Source: Ramazzottius varieornatus (taxonomy: Eukaryota > Animalia > Tardigrada). Taken from it: a stretch of DNA of 64,000 bases. The DNA is taken from assembly GCA_001949185.1 (NCBI GenBank), contig BDGG01000003.1, positions 1,710,725 through 1,774,724 on the forward strand, given 5' to 3'. Numbering within the stretch: position 1 is the first letter of the stretch; every line of letters starts with the position of its first letter. This document shows positions 55,832-64,000 of this stretch, one piece after another. Below the pieces are notes generated by a model, which ran no database searches, was not told the origin of the DNA, and worked only from the letters and a program-made list of their open reading frames with translations. A program made the translations under genes and the position numbers.

Positions 55832-56528
55832 CTAAGCAGCCAACATCAATGGCTGATTGACGGAAGTTCCTCAGTGAGTGAACCTTCTGTCAGTCACGTC
55901 GCGAAGGAGGAAGCTGGGCTGTTTTTTGTCTGTTATTCTTCAATGTGATAGTGTCCGAAGTTTGCACATAGGTGGAGACATGTGCTTAGAGATGAGGACA
56001 GTATATTATAACCGACACCTTGCGTTTTATTTGAGAGGATTACGAGAATGCTGCTGGCTTTCACTGACATAGTCTATGGCTTGGTATCTTCTTCCGTTTT
56101 CACACTTTGGTCTTTTATTATTGTTACTTGCTGTTACGACAGTTACCGAGGATTGCGCCATGTTGGGATTTTAATGGCGAGGATTCTAGCAGACTTTAGA
56201 ATATCTTGGACATTGCTGGCTGTACAAACGGCAGAGTTTTGGGTTGGGTTGACATTGGTGACTAAATCTCGATAATGATTGCATCACGTCTCACAGAGAT
56301 GACTTAAACCAACACAGACTATGACTAGACATTAAGTAGACCTAGGTAGTAGACTTTCTGGGGATCCGGATCGAAGAAAAGGGAGTCAGATACGTTACAT
56401 AAGTTCTGGTATAAATCTTTACGAAGGAGATCGGTATGTGGTCATTTGACAATGACTAGATCAAGGAGGACTCTGGCGCACAAGTAATCTGGATTTCGCC
56501 TCGGAGAGCCAAGACAGTTGCCGCATTT

Positions 56529-56996
56529 CTATGCGTGGAATCTCAGTAAACGAGCGAGAAGTTTGACTCCTTTCGCCCAGGAGCTGTCGTCGTGGTGTAT
56601 ACCGACACCCGGTACAGTGGTTCTTCTCGACGTTCTCGTTGACAGTCTAAAACGTGTAATGGGGCTCTTCGATGTAGCTGTCGGGAGTTCTCGATCTTGC
56701 CGGGACAGCGGTGCCGGGTTCAAGGATTCAAACTCCTGTTCCATCATTCCGAGATCGCCGATGAACATCCTTATTTTGATGAGGTGTTCCGGAACCGGTG
56801 AACTGTCGTGTGTTCTTCTGTCCGAGGGTGGGCTTTTGGGTGTGATGCTGTCATCCTCGAATTGCGCAAAGACGGGTTTTGGATGAGGCTGTCGAGGAAA
56901 CCGGAAAGCAACGCTGAGATCGGTCACCAACATAAAAGGCAGGAAGGTCATCAGCAGGTACTGAGCCGGAAACCGAGCGCGAGATACCGGCGCCAT
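56529..56996 (-). CDS. Small intronless orphan ORF with a signal-peptide-like N-terminus (155 aa)
   Basis: ATG at 56996, hydrophobic YLLMTFLPFMLVTDLSVA followed by a polar body; no recognisable homology. Confidence 0.5.
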   Translation of the reverse strand: MAPVSRARFPAQYLLMTFLPFMLVTDLSVAFRFPRQPHPKPVFAQFEDDSITPKSPPSDRRTHDSSPVPEHLIKIRMFIGDLGMMEQEFESLNPAPLSRQDRELPTATSKSPITRFRLSTRTSRRTTVPGVGIHHDDSSWAKGVKLLARLLRFHA

Positions 56997-59900
56997 TCTG
57001 AGATGGAACAATCGTTGGCTTATTTTGAAACTATGTCGGAGAAAATTTCTGACTGCTCCGGATTCAGACCGGAAAGAGTCTGCTCAAAATACTTTGGCCG
57101 TGGTATTGGGCGAAAAGACTACGTGAGCAAGTGTCTGTCCGCGAGAGATTTCTCGTACGAACTTTCGTGTGCGACGTTCTGAGAACCCGATGCGCACAAT
57201 CTAGCCCTCTCTACAAAGTGATTGGTACTGCTCGGAGCTTGCTCGCGGAGGTACTTCTTTATAATGACTTATCAGTGTGGAACATAAGGCGGAACCTCGG
57301 CGCTTCTTGAAACTTCACTCTACCGTGACTAGCCGGATCCCGTCATGACACCGGTACCATGGGTATCCCGTTGACTCAATGCATGACGGTACGCGCTCTT
57401 ACAAAAAAAGCTGAAAGGTTTGTCTAGGTCCTTGACTCATATCAACGTCACCAAGATTTCGTACATGCGTAGTTTGACAGAAGAAGTAAGCTGCACATCA
57501 TTGGTTCCCTGGAACACGAACTTACTGTACTGGTTACCGCGCTGACGTCACTGCGCCCATGTCATCGCCGGACGATAGCGTGCATTTTGGATTTCATATC
57601 AGGCGATTACCGCCAACTTTTCGCGGAATGCCAACTGGTTCCTGTGAACTATCACCCTTTCGAATTAGCCAGGCATACTTGACATTGCCCCCTTTTGCGT
57701 CAGTGTTGGGAATCTTGGGGTTCTACCAGAGCCACGTAAATTGCTCTGAAAGCTGCAGCGTGCGTAAGCTCCAAACTGGAGACCTCGATAAGCGTAGACG
57801 TTTCCGAGATACTGCGCTAGTACGTGGACCTCACTAAAGTTCAGTTAAACTTAAATGACAGGGTACCTCCAGCTTTAAACGTTGGATCAAACTTTTGCCT
57901 GCCCGGAAGCTACGCCTGGTATGTAGCGTAACGTACGGGAAAGCGCTTTGGGAAAGCTTCGAGCTTTCTGAGGACCTTCGCTCGAGCATCTACAAAATTT
58001 CAATTGCCTTCACAGATTTTCCCAGATCCCAGACTGTATAACTTAAGACGCAACGCGCTCATGATCACTGGGGTTTCCTGCGGGCGCTTTTATTGTTCTG
58101 TGTGAAGTCCGTTAAGCTCTTCCAGGAAAGTTGGGAAACCCTTGTCGTTTTCCTTTTTGTTTACAGTACAACGTGGAAAAAAATTTGTTTGAGGCTGGCT
58201 TTATTGCCGAAAAAAACCATCGCCGCTCGCCATGTAGGCTGGACAGTTAACTCGGTCAAAACGACGTACAGTAAATGACAGCAGCAGACATGGGGGGGGG
58301 AAGTACACATGTATATTTACAAGGGCGATCGCGATGGCACCGATCGCGGGAAAGCTGGTAGGTCGCGGTCAACCTTTGCAACGTTCGCTAACACGCACAA
58401 AAAGAAAGTTTGGGCCAGTAAAAAGTTTGGGCCAGGCGATTCCGAAGCAGCGGAACGGAAGTACGTACGTAATCTAAGCCCATCCCCTAATTCACCGTTT
58501 CACTAAACAAATCCAAACGAAATTTCTGAGTACAGATCATACTACACGGTTCTTGTTTGGTGCATTTGGCTAGGCGGGCTTTCTTCGTCTGTCCAAAGTT
58601 CAGGAAAACGTGTTTAGGATAACGACGTCCGAATTTAAAGTTCCTTTAAAGTTCCTTTAACGGTGCAATAAAAATTCACCGAGCAAGAAACGGTTAGACA
58701 TTTCCGTGGTGGTTGCATTCGTTCCCGAAACGTAACATATTTTTGAGAAACGAAACTAGAAGGTGGCAAAGTTTAAAATCGAAAACGAATTGAAAATTCA
58801 ATGAGTCAAACTTGGAAAAAACAACAACCATCAAATCATTAGAACCTTTACTGCTTCATTTTGCAGTACGAGTATGAATTTTCAAAGGAAATTCGTCAAG
58901 GGTCACTGGTCAGTGCTTGGTTTCTTCGCATCTGATTCAAGCCGCCATTGAGAACATCTGGCTTTATGGCTTTTCCTTCTCGATAATGACCAGTGGACGA
59001 TTGGCTCATCGATATTAGCACGTATATGCTTCCTTCTTTTCTCACACCTTCTCTTTCCCTGTCTCTCATGCCACCTCATCCATATACCAAAAATTACATC
59101 ATTACCCGAGAGCCTCTCTGATAATTGCGTTGGACTATCTCAGTAGAAACCGTGCGTTCCCTGCTTTCAGGACTTCTGGGTCCTCGAGCAATATTTTGAA
59201 TTTGCGTCCAGTTTTAGATTTGATCATGTAGCGATGTACTGCTTGATGGTTTTTTCACATGAGTATATCTGCACATCCCAATACCGAAAAAACCCACATT
59301 TCGTAACCGTGACGGACTAGCTTTCCCCTTGACCATCAGGCCAGGGTATACCCACGACTGAAACACACAATCGTCGGGTCAAACTGCCTACGGCGGTTTG
59401 AATGACTTGAGTCCTACATGGAAGGTGGTTCCGTCCGCTTTGCTCCAGCTTCTCCCGTCAACTACGATTGCATAAGCCTTCACTGAAGGTGATAAAGTCT
59501 TAGGTCCTTCAGTTACAACTGTCTTCTCCAGGTTTGATCTTCCTGCTTTTCCCTAGGCGGATATTAAGGTCCGAACCGTGCTGCTGACGTGTAATATACA
59601 CGTGTACTAATGTTGTAAGTGTAGAATGACATAACACTGGATGTAATCAATTGAATCGATAGAATCATCAGAGAGGTGTCTCTCGAGCTCTGGAATCATC
59701 TTATTTCCGGGCGATTAATTAACATCGTTCATTAGGTTGTTTTGCCTTTTCCATGGTTGCTCTCTTGAACTCCAACACCCTGCTAGTAGACGAGATCTTC
59801 CAACTCGCGGTGCAGGACTTGCTGCTCCGCAGCCTCAGGTAAGCTTGGTGTAGCTAATCGTTGCTGGACAACTTTTTGGCCAAATGGTGTTCGCCTCCAG

Positions 59901-60036
59901 GCTTTCAACATGCTCCACTTTCTTATCGTATGCTGTCTTTCCATTTGGCAAAGCGCTCGTTAAACTACGGGTGTTCAATTTGCAGAAGCTCGAGCTCTCA
60001 TCTGAGCCTTCGTTTGTGCTGAATTGCTAGGACGCC

Positions 60037-61779
60037 ATGGACGCCATGGAGAGTCAATATAACAGTCGGAATCCTGCTGTGAAACGGCTTTTCCGTGAAG
60101 CACAGGAATTACGAGAGAATCCAGATGAAGACTTCCACGCTGCTCCTCTGGAAGACAACTTGTTTGAGTGGCATTTCACTATCCGTGGACCTGCTGAAAC
60201 TGCTTTTGAGAATGGACTTTACCATGGTAGGAAAACAGCTTGAATAAGGCTGATTTGAACTGCATAAGTCAGCATAGACCTTTTGATTGTCCGATCAGTT
60301 CGCGCATGACATGACATCATATCACGCGTCATGGTACTCTGTGTTATAAATTATGCGGGAAGGAATCGGGGCGGCACTGATGTTGTGACTTATCGATATG
60401 GCAGAATCTCCGTTTGACCATATGTTCAGCCCTTTTGCATTGCAGGAAGAATTGTACTGCCTGCGGACTATCCCATGAAGCCTCCTAACATTATCATACT
60501 AACTCCAAACGGACGATTTGAGACTAACACGAAGATTTGCCTAAGCATTTCCGGCTACCACCCGGAAACATGGCAGCCGTCGTGGTCCATTCGGACAGCC
60601 CTCAAAGCTTTGATCGGTACACTACCCTTGGATACCTGATACCTCGTGAACCTGTGACATATGTCTTACTTGATGTGCCCTGTCGTGCTCTAGGTTTTAT
60701 GCCAACTCCGGGGAATGGCGCCATCGGTTCGCAGGATCTTTCCGACGACCGACGGAAAGCCCTGGCCCTGACTTCTCGCTCGTGGACTTGTCCCGAATGC
60801 AAACAGTCAAACTCTGAAATACTCAAGATTTCTCCCGTGCAAAACCTCACCACTGTAGTCAAGGACGCTTCTGCCGAACAAATCGCAGTCGAAATTCCTG
60901 CGACTATAACCGACTCAACAACCGGAACGCAGACGAATCCTACTGCTACTGTCGTCGAAGAAGTCCCTTCCGGTAAAAGCCCATCTCAGCACCGCGCTTT
61001 ATCCGTTGTCCACTGTTTCTTTGAACACTTCAGGTGACAGGAGCATAGCCGTCTCTCCACCTGTGCCCAAACCTAGTCCCGAAAGTGCATCTGGTAACGG
61101 TGACGGAGAAGACGTTACCTTCTCTCCACTTCCGCCTCGTCCACGCACCAGTTCTCTGCAAAGTCGTCCTGGTCGCGGTATCGGTAAGAAAGCTCATTTT
61201 CAAGATGAACTACCACAAAACCAGCCTTCGACCACTCCGGGGATTCCGTCACCCACGCCGTCCAGCAACCAGGAGTCGTACTCCTTCCCTCCCCACACCG
61301 ACTCGGGCAGAGACAGCAGAGTCCAGTCACAGCTATCCGTCTCCACCAGCTCGCCTCCATCCACTCCTGAAAAGCTCAGTCTTTCTACACCCACGGCTAC
61401 TACTAGCCGGCCTTCTTCTTCGCCATCGTTCAGCGCCACAGACGCCATGAAGGAAAGACAGAACAAGATTCTGGAAGAGAGGAAGAAACTACTGCAGCGA
61501 CGGTTGGCTGCCACTCAACCGGAAGTCGAAGCTTCTCAGCCCGTGCCACCTGTAGCTGCAGCAGCTGCTCCTTCTGGTCTAGCACGGAACAGTACTACGA
61601 ACACTGCGCCAGCACGAGCAGCCAGTTCGATGGACATGGCTCGTTTAGAACGGTCGATTTTGATGCTGCGTCAGACGGTTATTTTAATCTTGCTCTGTAT
61701 TTTCTTTCTGGTTATTCGACGTATCTTTCTGGTTCTGGACGAGGATGATTATGATTTAGAAGACCTGAAAGACCTCTAG
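60037..61779 (+). CDS. UBE2J1: Ubiquitin-conjugating enzyme E2 J1 (ER tail-anchored)
   Basis: PLEDNLFEWHFTIRGP, YHGRIVLPADYPMKPP, TPNGRFETNTKICLSISGYHPETWQPSWSIRTAL, and a C-terminal transmembrane segment VILILLCIFFLVIRRIF. Confidence 0.95.
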
Positions 61780-62149
61780 ACTGATGGTCAAGTTTCGAGA
61801 GGACCCGTTTAGCTCACAAGAATTGTACGGGCTTCGCTGCGAACGAAGATTGGTATTTTCTTTGTTGCTTTGATTTTTAACCGGTGCAGTAACTTGGCGT
61901 TTCAAACTTGTCTTCTTCTGCATTGTTACCCTCCTGTGTTTCGCTATCGCAGCTTTGTCCGTACTTTAACGTTCACTGGCTGTTCTGATTATTGTGTTAA
62001 CGTTCATTGAGTTCGCGGGAACCTCTGAAACCCCACAGCAACGAACACATAAAATCCGACTGAAAATGTCTGAAAGAATCGCAGAACTAATTTTCGATAA
62101 AATTTCTGGTACGTTAGGACGGTTAAGCGGGTTTCACACCAAGGAAATT

Positions 62150-64000
62150 CTACTTGTACAAATGAGCAAAGCACTGAAGAAGATGATCGTTGTCTTTTTC
62201 AAGGTCCTTTGCAACCAGCTGCAGAGAAGAACAGCAACGTATGAGAGATGCTGTGAGAGCTTCGTACATATAACTTAAGATAAATACGGATTGTATGGTC
62301 AGAAGAAAAGACAGTCGGGCGCACCTTCTCGTACAGCGTCTTGGGTTTCCTCCTCGATTGTCTAAAGTAAGGCTGAACAGTCTTGTGAAACCGACTAGGC
62401 GTGGAGCGAGTAGGACGTTCGGTGAGGTGAGTCTTTTCTGCGCTAGTGGGTTCCGAATCTGCTCGGTTCGGAAAGGCTCCGTCACTCGAAGGTCTTGTAT
62501 CGACTGCGAACGTCGATCTCCCTTCTCTGAGCTCGAGTGAATGTACGTCAAGTGCACACGCCGCTAACGGCACTGTTTTCTCTTCGGAAGGTAGTGGTTT
62601 CGCTGCCAATAAATTCCAAAGTACAAGCATCCCTAATCAGGCGCCAACTGAAGCGAATGTCAAAACTACACTTACTTGGAATTTCTTCGGGTTCGCCATC
62701 AGACTCGCTCTCGTAACAACTGAGTAATGAGGTGAGGCATTTCGTCGAAGGACCAGCCGGAGCAGTTTCTTCGTCCTCTACGAGAAAACACCATTGATCC
62801 ATACCGAACGTCGTTGCGCAAAAAGACGAACTTTTGTAAAAAAAAAGTTCGCTGTACGAGTACCTATTTCTCCGTCGCTTAGCTCTCGCGAATCGCCATC
62901 AGATCTAACCGCGGGCGGCTTCGAAAGGACAGGAATGTTCGTCGTCTTTACAGCTGCTGGTTTGACTCGAGGATACTTCCTGCAAATCATAGAATACTGT
63001 AAAACGGACTGCTGGGGAGGACTGTCAAAAGGTGCACTTCAGGAAAGCGAACGAACGAAAAGCTCTACGTGCTTACGCGGCTCGTTCTTGCTTCCACTTG
63101 GCAAGGTCTTCCGCTGTCTCGGGCGGCTTTGTCCCAGATGTCAGATGAATCTATGGGAGCTTTGATGAAGCCAATCAACAAGACCGTACAACACGAGCAT
63201 TCAAGGAATCACCAACGAACCAGTTCGAAGTGCTCCTCGATGGTATCGAAGATTCCGATGAAATCGCATCTCGGGCACTGAAAACCAAGAAATAAAATTC
63301 ATCAACTGCACCAAGGCCCAAACAGCCCTATCGTTTCGCATTTCTGATACTCGGTCACACGAAAGCAATTATGCAGCTTACCTTGACATGCTTGGCGATG
63401 TGCTCGTCCAGCTGCGTTTGCGTTCGGAAATCACACTCGCAAACTTCACAATAAAACGCGGGCTGGAAACGCTGATGACTGCCCGCATTCGCGAACTTCT
63501 GACTCTGAAAAACCGAACTTGCAAGTTTTGTTACGGCACCAGTAAAACTTTTGAGAGGGAGTAAAGGCCGACCGGGAACTGTGATGATCCTCCCCTGCCT
63601 CCCCGGAATGGCTGACAACGTCCTCCTCGTCCATAACCTCGACCTCGGCTGTTATACCCGCCGCCGCCTGAGTAATTTGCGTCGCTGTTCCGGAACTGTC
63701 TTCCATCATGCGCCGGATAGGCATGATGAGGATGAGCCACACGTGAGCTATACTGCGACTGGTTAAACTGTTGAGCAAAAGCGGACTGATTTTGTTGCTG
63801 CCCATCCGGCCACAGAGCCGCTCCTCTGGCAGCTATGGCGCTCCCAGACCTGTTCATAATAAAGCCATTCATCCAACTGCATTCTGACAAACATAAAATG
63901 AAGGCGTACCGGGGGTGATTCCATAAACTTTGATGAGAAGGTCCAGCACCACTGATAGTGGCGCAACTTGTAGTGTTGGGAGTATTCGTACTGCGAAAAG
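62150..64000 (-). CDS. NUFIP1: NUFIP1-like snoRNP assembly factor, 5' end outside window
   Basis: RGG-rich N-terminus, C2H2 finger FYCEVCECDF...HIAKHVKC, ETAEDLAKWKQERAAKYP (NUFIP1 domain), and C-terminal TLYEK/LVAKDLEKDNDHLLQCF. Confidence 0.85.

Noticed and set aside
58400-58660. Short direct duplications (AAAGTTTGGGCCAG x2, AAAGTTCCTTT x2); AATCTTGAA x3 near 1004-1045 is similar
   Set aside because: Consistent with ordinary replication slippage; no further structure.

Overview
Gene-dense eukaryotic (invertebrate animal) genomic DNA with short GT-AG introns, mostly 55-100 nt. The compact architecture would fit a tardigrade-like genome, but this is inference only. Genes in order: TCF25 (5'-partial); a degenerate Tigger/pogo DDE transposase; a pseudogene plus an intact copy of a 2OG-Fe(II) dioxygenase; an intronless orphan ORF; a stand-alone SWT1-like PIN nuclease; a secreted Tyr/Glu/Lys/Thr-rich repeat protein; SETD4; HIPK; a GPR158/CG31760-like class C GPCR; fucose mutarotase; NIPBL; PRPF38B; ZNRF1/2; a small orphan secreted ORF; UBE2J1; NUFIP1 (5'-partial). 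The most striking unexplained structure is a ~110-135 bp palindromic element (core AAGTGGCGCAC...GTGCGCCACTT) at 14 loci, 11 of them in modelled introns. The two arms of a copy often share changes that other copies lack. Several other enlarged introns are filled by unrelated long hairpins. Exon boundaries were read by eye.
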